Of a DNA stretch of 64,000 nucleotides, positions 22,224 to 35,200 are shown piece by piece. The position numbers and the translations under genes were made by a program. A model generated the notes under the pieces. It was not told the DNA's origin and did no database searches. It saw nothing but the letters and a program-made list of their open reading frames with translations. Numbering within the stretch: position 1 is the first letter of the stretch; the number at the start of each line of letters is the position of its first letter. The stretch is from Rhizaria sp. SCN 62-66 (lineage: Eukaryota), in contig MEDY01000164.1 of assembly GCA_001724265.1 (NCBI GenBank), forward strand, positions 1 through 64,000, given 5' to 3'.

Positions 22224-23150
22224 TTACGCGTCGCGCTTAGCCCACATCACCTTGCTGGCGATCTCGGCGTCCTTCTGCAACATTTTCGCGAACAGTGGCA
22301 GCAGCCCCGCCGCGCCCAGCCCCGCGGCCGCCTGACTGTGCTTCTCCCCGTTGCCCTATTTGCGCGCCGCGGCGTCGCACTGCGCCTGCGCCGCGCCAAC
22401 GACCTTGGACAGCAGCTTCGTCAGGTCGTTCTGCGCACGCGTCACGACCGCGGGCGCGGCTGCGGCGGCGTCGGCGTCAGAGTCGGCGGCTGCATTAGCC
22501 GAAGAGCTAGTGGCAGCGGCAGTGCCGCGCATGCGGTTCCACTCAGCGCACTCCTTGGCGGCGACGTCCTTGTCGTTGCCGCCCGTGTAGGCGACGCTGG
22601 GCACCGTCACGAGTGGGTACATCGGGTGCAGCGAGGTGGGGGGGATGGTGTTGCTCTGGCGGACGTGGGTGGTGAAGTTGGGCGCTGGCTTGCTGGCCTC
22701 GGGGAGCGCCTTGAGCGCCACAGCAATAAGCGCGTGGGCCGCGGTAATAACCTGCTGGGCCTGCGCGAACTGCACCTCCTGGTCCTGGCCCAGGGTGCGG
22801 AACCAGTGCGCGCGGTCCGCCTCAGGCACGTCCTTGAGCCAGGGCGCCTGGGCCAGCAGGGACGACTGCGAGACGCCGCCGTTGTGACTGGAACCGGGCT
22901 TGCTAGAGTGCGCGGTGGAGCCTTCAATAATGAGCGCAACAGTGGGGCTGCCTGCGGTGATGCCCGCGGCGGCGAGCGTGGCGCTGTCGTCGTTGACAGC
23001 CTTGTTCTTGACGAGAAGACGCTGCTTGGAGTAGGGCGCAAGCTCGGCGGTGGCGATGCGGGCACGCAGCTCGCCAATCGTGGCCGAGGCGGGCAGAGTG
23101 AAGGTGCGGGAGTCGCCACCATTGACCTTGACGGAAACCTCGAGGGACAT
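22224..23150 (-). CDS. Ubiquitin-like-domain protein, probable compact BAG6/Scythe-like protein; in-frame TAG at 22358-22356
   Basis: N-terminal Ubl (VSVKVNGGDSRTFTLPASATIGELRARIA...QRLLVKNKAVNDDSATLAAAGIT). The ORF track ends at TAG 22356, but the frame continues for 43 codons (39/43 ending G/C) to TAA at 22226-22224. PWLKDVP..W...QD and the C-terminal helix resemble BAG6 C-terminal elements. Confidence 0.7.
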
Positions 23151-23718
23151 TAGCCGCGGAGTCTAGTCCGGGGGCCAGGGAGCAGGGGATCGGGGGAGGA
23201 AGGGAGCGAACGGGTGAGATTCGGCAGGCGAGACGCAGCAAGGGATATCTGAAGATATTCGCATTTTAAGAACATATTATATTCAAGATATCATACCAAA
23301 CCATATAAATTCTATATACGAAGTTACATGAAATTTGACGCAGATATGACCGCGCTAGATATGATTTAAGGCAGTCTTCAGATTGAGAGCGTCAGCAAAG
23401 AGAAGACGCTCGGCGACTTTTTAGGAACCAGTCTCTCCGTCCGTCCGACCTACGCCCCCGACGATGAAACGGCTCGATCGAGTGGCCAACTTTGAGAAGC
23501 CGCAGAGACTTCATATATCCGTTGTTGTGCATTTAGACATTAGAATCAAACCTATGCGGCAATAGTGTATTGTTTTTTCTATTACTGTGTCTTCAAGTGC
23601 TCTCACTGTCCCGCTACATATTATCCCGACAATCGTCTCTTCTGTCTGTGTTCCACCACTCCACTCCACCCGGTTTCTTCCTGTCATTCCTCAACGCAAC
23701 CAGAACAGTCCTCCACTG

Positions 23719-26700
23719 ATGAGCGGTCTCACACGAGATGTGCTCAAGTGGATCCAGAGTCTTGATCTCAGCTTCTCGATCAAAAACGTCAAGCGGTACG
23801 TCCCTCATCTCTCTTCGCATTACAACAACAATAACCGATGCTACGTGAGCCCTCTCAACTGCTAGCTTAACACAACAAAGAGACACAACTCTATAGCTCC
23901 GACGTCGATGTTATCAAACATATATCCCCACTATATCAATTTTTTACCTGGATTTGCGCCAGTATCATACGACTACCACTCACTTTTTTCCTTGACACTT
24001 CAATTCTGTCCACTTGGAATTGCTTCTCTTTCTTTAGCGACTTCGCGAATGGTTTCCTGATCGCCGAGATCCTCTCGCGCTACTACCCGCACGACATTCA
24101 GCTTAGTGCCTTTGCTAACGCGTCTTCGGTGCTCAAGTGCAAGTCCAACTGGTCCCTGCTGCGCAAGTTCTTCTCCCGCAACAAGATCACAATCCCCGAG
24201 CCTCTGATCAACGCCGCGCTGCACTCGGAGGCCGACGCCGCTATCCCAATCATCAATCACCTGTACACCCACCTCACGCGCAAGCAAGTGCACTCCGTCT
24301 TTGCCTCCACCGCCGCCTCAGCCTCCCAGCTCTTCACCCTCACGGCTAATGCTGACGGGGCCGCCGCGGCCCCCGGCGCCGCCACTCTGCTCGCCCTCAG
24401 CGGCAGCGGCGGCCACGCCGGCTACGGGCTCCAGGTCTCCGCAGCGCACCAGGGCCCCTCGTTTGCCGCCCCCACGACCTCGCAGGCCATTGCGGCGCGG
24501 CTGAACAAGGCCGACGCGCGCGACACGAACGATCGTAGCACGCTCGCCGGACACGCCGCCGACGCCGCCGCCGCACACAGCCGCGCGGCGCACCAGCAGG
24601 CGCTGCTGGCTCGGCAGGCGCTGCCGATGTTTGTCTCGCGGCAGCACACTTTGCGCCGCGGCACCGGCCCCAAGGCGGTGCCGTCAGCGGCGCCCGCGTC
24701 GTCGCCGCTCTCGTTCACCGCGGTTACTGTCAAGTCGGTGGCTGAGAGCGAGCTTTCCGCCGAGCTTGCGACCACCCTCGCCATCGCCACCCACGGTGAC
24801 AGTGGCGTTAGGAGTACCAACAGCAGCAACGGCAACGGTGGCACGTCAGCGGTCGGCCTCCAGCAGTATAACAGCAGCGGCAGTGGCGCCAACACCGCGG
24901 CCGGCGCCGCCGCCGCCGCCGCCACCAACGGCCTCTGCTTCGGCGTCGGCGGCCGCCCCTCAGCCCCCGTTGCGCTCGCGGCCGCGCTCTGCTCGCGCGC
25001 GCACAGGGCCCGCTTTGCCGAGCCGCTGCTGTCTCCAGCCATCGCCGTCGCCGCCTTCGCCGCCGCCGACGCTGTAGTGGCCAGCAACTACGCGACCGTG
25101 ACGACTGCAGCGACCGACGCCCTCGACGCTGCTTGGGCTGCACTTGTCACCGTGATCGCCAACGCCAGCAACAACCGCGGTAGCGATGGCAGCGCGCTGG
25201 CGACTGCCAACGACGCCCAGTTGGCGAGCTTCGCTGAGATTGTCACCGCGACTGCACCGATGTACTCCCCGACTCCGCTCGCTTCTGCTTCCGCCGCAGT
25301 CTCAAGCTCCAGCTCCAGCTCTTGCCCTAGCTCTAGTTCTAATACGAACACTGAAAACACGACGATTGAGACTGCGACGGCGGCTTACCTGGCCGGCACG
25401 TCGGTCTCAGTTTCACCCAAGCAGAGCTGGCTCCTGGCCAAGCTATACCTGCGCCTCTTCGCCGCCGCCCCCGCGCGCTCCCCTCTGGTGCGGTCTCTGG
25501 CGCTGGCGCTGGCAGGGCTGGCTGAGTGCCTCTGGGCTGCTGGTGAGGCGCCGACCGCCGTTGCTGACGCTTTCTCCGACTCAGTCGCCCCCGGCTTGTT
25601 CCTCATCCTGCGCTCCGCCCCCGAGAAGACGGCCCTCGCAGGTCTGATCACCGCCGCATTCGTACCAGACGCGGCCGAGCTGTTCGCCCGCGTTACCCCG
25701 GCCGCCGCGCCGAAGCCGCTCGCACCCTTAGACGTCGAGGGCGGGTACTTAGCCACCCACTTGCTTGCACACGCACTCGCGGCTTCCCCTGCCCCCGCGG
25801 CGGCAGCGGCGCGACCCCAAGTCTGGGCTGCCGCTATGGCGCTCACCGCCCCGATGCTGGCTGCTGAGGCCGAGGCTGAGGCAGGCGCGACCGGCACTGC
25901 CGCCGCCGCCGCCACGCTGTTGGCCGCCGCGCTCGCGCCCTGGGCCCATAGTAGGGGGGCGGGGGCGGGGGCCACTGTCGTGGCTGACCTCGAGGCCCTG
26001 CTGCCGCAGCTGCTGTCCCGCGCGATCAACTGCATCCGCAACGCCGCCGCCGCCACGGCCGACGCTGACGCTGAGGCGAGCGAAGACGCCCAACTGGAGG
26101 TGTCCGACTCAATGGCGCTGGCCGCTGCGGCCGTAAAGCTCACCGCGGCCACCGCGAATGCGTTTTCGGGCTCGATCTCGCTCGGTCCGCTGCTTGGCCA
26201 GACGGCCGAACTGCTGCACTCGGCCGACATCTCCGGCTACGTCCTTGCAGTCGAGACGTGCCTGGTGGCGCTCATGGCAGACCCCGCGCGCGTCGCCGCC
26301 GCTGCGCAGGCTCCTTTGACCGCCCGCTGCCCCAGCCTTGCTGTCCGCGTCGCGAAGCTAACTCAAGCAGCCTCCTCTCCGGCGTCTGCGGAGGCCGTGA
26401 TGAGCCCCTTCGAGCGGTCGCCCAGCGTGCAGGCACTGGTTCTGTCGCGGCTCGAGCTGTTCGCCGCCTCAGCGCAAGGCTCGCCCCCCGCGCCCGGCTC
26501 CGTCTCGGGCGCCTCAGCCGCGGCCGGCTTGTCCCTGGCGAGGCAGATGTTGTCCCGCACCGCCGGCATCGTGCTCCAGGAGGGCGGCCCCACCGAGCCC
26601 CCGCTGGCCGAGGCGTGGCGCGCCGCGGGCGTGCTGGCTGTGATGCTGCCCACGCTCGCGGCCGGCGAGACGCTCGAGCGCTCGCAGACGGCCGTGCTGG

Positions 26701-27503
26701 CCGCGCTGTACGAGGCCCTGTACTCTGCGAATGGCAGTGGGAGCAGCGGCGTCACTGGGGCTGAGCCTGTGTGGACTCAGGCGATTGCACAACTTAAAGT
26801 ACGTGCTCCTTTAAAAACATACGTTTGTTTAATTTCGAATTATCACGTCTTTATCTCACTTTCTTCACTCGATTCTTTTTGTTTTGCGGAAATCTCTAGT
26901 CGCATATCATCGCCGCAGCCATGGACGCGGCGACCGCTGGCGACATCGCTCTGCTCCTCCACGCAGCTCTGCTCTGTCCTTCTGTGGCGCCTGCGCTCAC
27001 CCAGCAGGGACCCAAAAACTCGGTACGCTAATTTATTATACTCTCGATATATTTTACCTCTCTATGTTGCGCATTGTTAACACTATACAGTCACATTCGA
27101 GACCTTTCACTGTCTCTTGCACTCTCTCGCACTCACACTCTCACATCTGCTGTGGTTCTCGCGTATGATACCTTAGCCTTCGACGCTGCGCGCGCTGCTT
27201 TCCCTGGTCATGTCCCGAGGCGCGCCCCACGCTTCCCGCGCGATCCTGGCCTCCCTCAGCTTCGTGCTCGACCCCCACGCCGCCTCGGCCTCCGGCGGCG
27301 TCATCTGCGAGCCCCCCATCGACGCCGACGACGACGCCGACGCCGAGACCACCGCGCTGTCCGCCGCGGCCGTCGACGCCGGGCTTGCCGCGGCCGAGAG
27401 CCTGCGCGCCCCCGTGCGCGCGACTGTGATGGCGCTCGTCGAGGGCGGCGGGCTGGCCCCGGAGCAGGTCGGCCGCCTCCGCGGCGTGGCGGCCGTGTAT
27501 TGA
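23719..27503 (+). CDS. SPATA4/SPEF1-family CH-domain (CH_2/DUF1042) flagellar protein with long Ala-rich helical C-terminus, ~1095 aa
   Basis: Exons 23719-23795, 24038-26798, 26900-27022 and 27177-27503 (TGA); all donors GTACGY; 3288 nt in frame. The N-terminus [43 protein letters not shown]...NW is typical of SPATA4-type CH domains. Confidence 0.85.
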
Positions 27504-28184
27504 GCGATTGACCATGATGAATCATCACTGTATAAAGTCACTCCTAAAATCAAGCTCAAGTCAATGATCAGTTGGAGCTGCGATGCTTAAGATGTGTTAT
27601 CTCTACTGCCGCTGTTGAGTTTGTTTGCTCGTCATCGATACTCTTGTATCTTATACTATTTGTTTTACATTTGTCGTGTGCTTGTTGCAGTGCTGTTTGC
27701 AGTTTTCCGTGACAGGGCCATTGTTATTGTTGTACATATATGTACAGTACATGTATATTAAAACGCCTCAGTCTGAACGGTGCTTGTCACTCTGCAGTAC
27801 TAATACAAATAGAATGCTTTTGCAGTGGTGGTTGGTTTTGATCGAGTTGTGTAAAACCTTGTATGTATTGGTTGAGTTCGTTTTTGTTTAACGCTGCCGT
27901 CTTCATTTGCACATGCTTACTGGTGGGAATAATATTAGGTTAACAGCACGCAAGGCGCAATGAAAAGAGAAATGATACGTCAACCAAGCAGCAAAACGAA
28001 GTAAATAAATGATGTTTCGAGTTCTCGAGAGCGAGCAACGACCATCACAGCAAAGACACTGCTACATCCCTCAAAGCCACAAAACGCGTTTTCGAGCACA
28101 CTCACTCAGCATGGTTAATTGGCTGTCCCATACTTCCTGGTTATTGTTGCACGCATGTTGGTGCTGTCTGTCACATTTGTGAGC

Positions 28185-28862
28185 TTACTGCTTGTCGTTG
28201 TTAAGGATGGCAAGGATGTCGTCCTCGCGGTAGAGGAAGTAGGCCTTGGAGTCCAGCTTGACCTCGACGCCGCCGTACTCAGGAAGGAGGACGTCGTGGC
28301 CAACCTTGACCAGGGGCTCGATGGTCTTGCCCTCCTGGTTGCGGAGGCCGGGGCCGACGGCGACGACGGTGGCCTGAGACGCAGAGAGCGTGGTGTAATG
28401 TGTACAATGGAAGAAAGAGAGATAAGGCGGTGCTAATGCATGCGGTTTCATGCTAAGAGAAACAGTTACAGGATGGTAGCTAACGGGCAACACAAGGGCG
28501 AACACGCGTGTTGTACCGGAGCTTATTACGGGGACGTACGGTGTTGGACTTGTCGGCGTTGGGGAGGAGGATGCCGGCAGCGCTCTTGGCGGGAGCGAGG
28601 GCCTTGTCGACGAGGACGCGGTTCAGGGTGGGGAGGAACTTGCGGAGAGACTAAACGACACACAAAAGTGCAGCGGAGAGCGGTTGGGTGGTATGGTGAG
28701 ACAACGAAGCGGGACAGATGCGAGTGCGGGGTGAGGGGAGCGGACCGACTCAGTGCTGAGACCAGAAAGTGGGCATCACGTTTTGGAATACAGCACGCGC
28801 AGTTGATCGTCGAGAGGATTTGTTTAGATATATGCAATTATACGAACGTAGGTACGTACCAT
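28185..28862 (-). CDS. HSP10: 10-kDa chaperonin (HSP10/Cpn10, GroES family), 100 aa
   Basis: Exons 28862-28860 (ATG only), 28650-28540 and 28373-28185 (TAA). Protein MSLRKFLPTLNRVLVDK...AGILLP...ATVVAVGPG...VKVGHDVLLPEYGGVEVKLDSKAYFLYREDDILAIL. Confidence 0.95.
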
Positions 28863-29241
28863 TGTAAAAAGAGAAAGATCTATACGAGCTCAATCTGAGT
28901 CACGAAGTCTCGGCCTCGTGAGCTGCTTGTCGAGAACATTCGGCCTTCCCTCTCCCTCGCCGCTGCTGTCGGTCGACTTTTTGCGAACCGCTACGGTTGG
29001 CTCTTGTTTGCTTGCTTTGTGACCGGTAACCGACAATTTTCAAGCTATCATATCTCAGGCTATACTCGTTCAATTGAAATGTAGCACTGATATACCTTCT
29101 GAATATATTTTTCACATATATATTTCTTATAATATGTCTTCAATCTTTGGCGCCGCCTCGCTGCAGCTTCTTTCCTCCCCCCACTCGTTCTGACCTGTTT
29201 CACTTCTCCAGCTTCTCACAGACGCTTCGTGCTCCGCCAAG

Positions 29242-32200
29242 ATGCACCGCAACGGGCCGCCATACGGCCCAGCCGCATCCCCGACAGCCAGTGACGCGTC
29301 CCTGGCCATCAACGCGCGCCCCGTGCCTCGCCTGCCCACGCGCGCGCACCAAACCGCATCCTCTGCCGCCAACGCAGGCTCATTCCCATCAAGCAGCTTC
29401 GGCGCGACCGCTCTCTCTGGGACAAGCACCGGCCGCAACCGCGGCTTTGCAGGCCCGTCTGTTCTGGCTGGCACTACTGGTGGCCACGGCGATGGCGGTG
29501 CAGGAGGCAACGGTCGCGCTCTGCTCTCGCCGACGGACTCGGCCTCGGCTCCTCCTGCTTCGGTACGTATCAGTCGCACTTAACATTCTACAGCTCTCTT
29601 GAACGACTGACCATTGATATCATTATTCAGCAACAATCAACCTATATATGTCATATATATCATTACGCTGCTGATTTCTCTTGCGACACCGTCGATCTGC
29701 GTGTTATACTCTCGCCTTTTCAGAGGGATGTGCTGGACCTCAGCGGCCGCGGCTACATCAACTGTCTGGTGCTGCACGAGCAATACCTTCCACCGCCGCC
29801 GTCCGCGCTGTCACCGGCGCCAATTCCGGCGTCGACGCTGCTTATCCCAACCTCTGCAGCCGTAGCAGCAGCAGCGGCGGCGTCAGGGGACGGCAACGAT
29901 CCGACAACAGCAACTTCGGCAACAGACCTCGCGACCCGTGGCCGTCTGCTAGCCTCGTCGTACCCGTGGTCACTGCTGATCTTACAGAGCAACATGATCA
30001 CGGACCTGACTGGCATCCACCTCTGCACGCGCCTGCGCAAGCTCGACGTTTCTCGCAACGCAATCGTCACACTGCCGAACGCAAACTTCTGGGCCGCTCT
30101 TCCGCGACTAGAAACCCTGCTTATGAACGATAACAGGATCGACTCGATTCACGCGCTACAGGCGCTATCAGAGCTCAAACAACTCAAGATCATGACTCTC
30201 TACGGCAACGCTGTCGAGTTTCACCCTTCGTACCGCCACTTGCTCGTAAACACACTGCCGTCGTTGATTTTGCTCGACTTTTACGTCGTCTCCGACCAAG
30301 AGCTTATCGAAGGTGCACAATTCGGACCGATCTACGGCACATTTAGCCGCAACCTCGAGTGCGTGCTGCCGCGCTACGCCGCACTGCCACACTTAGACCA
30401 GCTCAGTGTAAGTACCTTCGAACTGAGGCACGTGGCCCGTCTCCGCTCCCGCTACAGCCCTGTGATCCGGATTCAATCGTGGTGGCGAGGTGTTCTAGTC
30501 CGCCGCGCTCTGGCCGCGTACAGGGGCGCCGCGACGACGATTCAGCGCGCGTTCCGTCGGTTTAGCATGCGCAAAGAGGCGCGCGCTATGGCGAACCCTA
30601 AGGCTGCAGCCGCGATCTTCGGACTCTCGGTCACTACGGCGAACGCAAACGCAAATAACACAACTTCTGTCGCAATGTCAGCTGATAATGTTGTTGTCGC
30701 AACTCCACAGCATCAACAGCAACAACAGTTGCAACAGTATGAGTCTGCTCTTGGCGGGTATGGTAACAACATCGTGGCTAATGGTGCTTACACGGGGCCA
30801 GGATCTAAGGGCGGCTTGTCTAAGGCGACCGTGGACAACATCCGTTCGCGCACGATCTATTTAGTTGCGCATTCGCCCGTCGCTGTGCAGATTTTCAACC
30901 AAATCGTGCGCAAAGTCGAGCTTTCACAGGGCTTTTCCGCCGCTCCATTGCGCGACGCTGGCCTCGTGCTGCTTTCACAGCCAAACACGCTCGACGACAC
31001 GCCGCTCGTGCGCAAGGATATCCTCCGGGCGTTTACTATCAGTCCACCCGTGTCTAAACGCGAGCAGCGGCAGCAGCTGCGCGCACAGGCGCAGTCGCAG
31101 TCTACCGGCGCACAGACCCAGTCGCTGGGCTGGGATCCAACACGGCCCCTTACCGCCCACGGTCACCCCAGCCCGGCCCTGCACTACTCCCACTTACACC
31201 TTCCTCCAGCGGTCCGGATTCGCCCCGGCCCGCTGTGTCCGCCGTCGTTAGCCCAGTCCCTGCAGCACACGCACACCCGGCCTCTCGGCCGGTCTGTGCC
31301 CGCCCCCGCCGCTCTCGCCGCGGAGGCCGTCGCGGCCGTCGCGGCGCAGTACAACGGCTACCTCGCGCTCGCGGACGCGGTGGCGGCGACGGGGGACGCC
31401 GGGCTGGACATCCGAGTGCGCGTCGGCGGGCCGTCAGGCTACTGCCCGGGGCCATTGGTTGATCCGCTCACTGGCGCGTCCTGCGCTGGCTCACAGTCAC
31501 TAGCTCAAAACACCGCCGCCGTCGCCGCCGCCGCCACCGCTGGCAACACGCATCAACAACAACAGCAGCATTTTGAACCACACTATCAGCATCCGTTGTC
31601 GTCATACATTACCGGCGCCAAGAGCAAGAACAAGAGCAAGAGTGTACTTGACGACAACGTTGCTGATGACAGCAACGCCAGCGAGGCCGCGCTGCTGGCT
31701 GCGTTCAGGCTGCGGCTTGCGCGCGCCGCGAGGGCGACAATGCCGGCGCACCGCCCAAGGCTGCTGCGGCTGACGTCCCCCACGTCCCGCTTTCACGAGG
31801 CCCTGGTACGGACTCTGTACAGGTTCAACGCTGACGTCGCACAGAAAAACCCGAAGAGCGCAGATTTGGGCGAGAATAACACACAAGGTTCGGCTAACTC
31901 CACAATATTACATTTCATGTGTTTATTCATATCCAAATATATTGCTTATTATTGGATTCGCTGTCAGTATGTTTCTATACCTTGAGATTAGTCCTCGGTT
32001 TCTTCCCCATGATCCCTCACCCTTTTCACTGCTCTCGAACCATATTCTCTCCCCATCGCACGTCCTTCAGAGACGACGGCGCTCTCCCTGATCATCTACC
32101 CCGAGCCGACGATCCGCGTCATGACCGCCGTCGTCACGATCCAGCGCGTGTGGCGTTCCTTCCTCGCCCGTCGCGCGCTGAGCCCCGCCCCCGGGCTCAC

Positions 32201-35200
32201 GGTCGCCCGCCGCCGCGCCGCGGTGACCATCCAGCGCGCCTTCCGCGTCCACCTGCTTAAGGTCCGCGTCGCCTTTTTTGCCGGCCTGCGCCGCTACCTC
32301 GCGTCCATCCACGACAACGCGCTCTACATGCGCGGCGACGCGTACGCCATCCTCCGCGCGTCACCCAACGCCTTCCTCCGCCGCGGGCTCTGGCCAGAGC
32401 ACCGCGTGCTCTGCGACGTCGACGTCGCCAAGTGCGCGCGTACGCTTGCGCCGCCCGCGCGCGGGCTCCCACTGCTGCCGCCTGCCATCACCCACCCGCT
32501 GCTCTTCTCGCCGGCCACTGCGACGCTGCCAGTCGGCGTCAGCCCCGCGGTCGTGGCCGCCGCGGCCGCCGCGCACGGACACAGGCTCTCGCGGCCCGGC
32601 GCGGCGGCCAGCGGGGGCGCCGGGACCGGGGCGAGCCACCCGCTGACTGTGTACCCCTATGGCGGCGAAGCAGACTCGGACGCAGACTCACTGTGGGCCA
32701 AGGGACCCCGCGGCAGGCTGTTTCCGTTCCCGCTCTGGGCCATTCAGCAGCAGCAGCAACAACAGCAGCAACATCAGCAGTTGCTCGTGGCCGAAGACGA
32801 CGGCGACGGCGACGGCGACGGCGACCTTGCCAGCGGCACCGCCTTGCCCTCAATCGGTCCCAGTCCCGATGACGCCGGCCACGAGCGCACACACTACGGG
32901 ACCAACAACAGCAACACAGACGGCGAACTGCTCGCCTCGGCGCTCGCGCACTTGGAGCGCGGCAACGGATACGAAACGCTGACGCCGGCCCAGGCGCGCG
33001 CGCTGCGTCCGTGGCACTTGCCGTTGAAGGACCGCTTGCTCAACATCATCTCAATCGACGTTAACGTGTCGTTTGTGCGTGATTTGTTTGCACAAACGAT
33101 CACGAACTCGACCAACTCCGTGACGGCAGCATTGACAGGACCTGCGGGCGGCGTGCAGTCAATGTCAGCTGCGGCTGCTGCTGCTGCTGCTGCGAGTAGC
33201 GGCGGTGTTTTGGGCGGATTCTTCGTGAAACTCACATTTCCGTCGCTGGCCGAGGCGCGTCTAAGGGCCGCTGCGCTCTGTCTAAGTACCTTCGACCCTT
33301 TAGAGCCGCACTGGCTGTTCACTCTGCTTTCACCAAAGCACATCGACTGCTTGGACGCCGCGCGCGGCCGCTTACACAAGCTCATGCTGGCTAACCCCAA
33401 CGCCGCCGCATCCTACATGACTGGCGGCGCAAACAGCGGCAACGGCGACGCCAAAAATGCCAATGCGAGCACTGACCCGAGTCTTAACGACCCGCTGTTC
33501 CGCGCTGTGTGCGCCGCGGCCGCCGCGCTGCCGTCGGGCGTTGATCTGGGCGCAATGACCGCCAAGAGTTCTCTGTTGCGATCCGCTCTTGCCTCTGGCA
33601 GCAACAACAGTAACGGTAACAATACGGTTGGTCCTTCAGGAGTAGTCGATAGCTGGATCCTCGGCGCGCGCGAGCGGCTTTCGGTGCACGAACTTTACTG
33701 GGGCAAGCGGCGTCATAACACTGGCAGCATCAGCAACAACGGTGCTCATAGTAGCATTCAGCAGCACGGCGTTGCCGGCCGCAGCAATGGTGTGATGGGC
33801 GGTGACTTGTTGCCTTCCGACATGCTTGTTCTGGGGCCTACAACTGCAAACAATACTGTCAACAACATCGCTTATCTCAATAATACCAAGCAGCAGCAAC
33901 AGCAGCAGCAACACCGGCCTTTCACGTCGTCTCTGTTCTCACAACAGCAGCAGAACACTGCCAGAAGCAACGCAGCACTGCAATCGCCGCATATTCAGTC
34001 GCCCGCCGCCGCCGCGATGGCCGCTGCCGCCGCCAACAACCCCAACCAGGGCATCTCTCTCACCGCGACCGCGGCGGCCACGGCCACTGCCGCGGCGGCC
34101 GCCGCAGCCAGCAGCGCCGCGGCGCGCGCGCATACCGCAGCGCTGCGCCGCGAGTGGGCCTCCGCGCAGCGCGGCGCGCTGTCCGCGCTGTCGGCGACGC
34201 GCCGCGCGATGGACAGCATGGCGGCGGCGCGCGCGCGTAGCAAAGTGCTTGATGCAACGGTGCAGCACCGCGTCCGCAAGGAACACGTCGCCGTGCGTGC
34301 CGCGCTCGTGCGCGCAGTGCGGCAGCGCGAAACCGTCGAGGAGGGGGCACAGCTGCAGGCGCGCCGCGAGCACAACGAGGCCGTGGCCGCGGCGGCGGCA
34401 GCGGCGGCGCGGCGGGCGCAGCGCGCGGACTCGGAGCTGGCCAGTCTGGAGCGCAGGGTTGAGCTGCGCGACCTGCGCCGCACTGTGGCCGCCGAGCGGG
34501 CGCACGCCAAGTACGTCAAGGAGGCCGGCAGGGAGGCCGAGGCGCGGAAGCTGCTTGAGCAGCGCGCGGCGCGGCGCACCGAGTGGCAACGGCGTGCGCT
34601 GTCGCAGGCGGAGGCGCAGGCGACGCTGCGGTTCGTCGGGCAGCAGCAGCTGGTGGCGCGGCACTTGCAGCGTGGGCTGGCCGCTGAGGAGCAGGCGCGG
34701 CGGCAAGTGGAGGCGATGCAGCGCGTGGGCGAGACCAAAGCGCAGCAGGCGCAGCGCAGGCAGTACGTGGAGCACGTGGCGGCGGTCAATGCCGAGAGGC
34801 GCCGCGCAGCAGTCACCATGATGAAGGAGGAAACGCAGCAGAATATCGAGGTATGTGCGCTTTCATGACATTAAAGCACCACTTATCGGACCTATTATAT
34901 TTTTTTATATCGTTTTGTCGTAAGATCTCTTCGCTTACGCTTTGTTAATTCCAAATTTTCCCGTGTTATTTGTCTTTCTCACACAGGCCCGCGAGCGGCA
35001 CAACGAGGCCAAGCTCAGTCTGGCGCGCGCTCATCGGGAGCAAGACCAGCTCGCATGGAGCCTCGCGGCCTCCGACGCGGCTCTCGTGCAGTTGCTGCTT
35101 CCACTCACAGCGCCCGGTAGCGGCGGCGGCGGTGGCGGTGGTGCGGGCAGCGTCGGGGTTGCAACGGGAGTAACCATACCGGCAGCCCTCGGCGGCGGTG

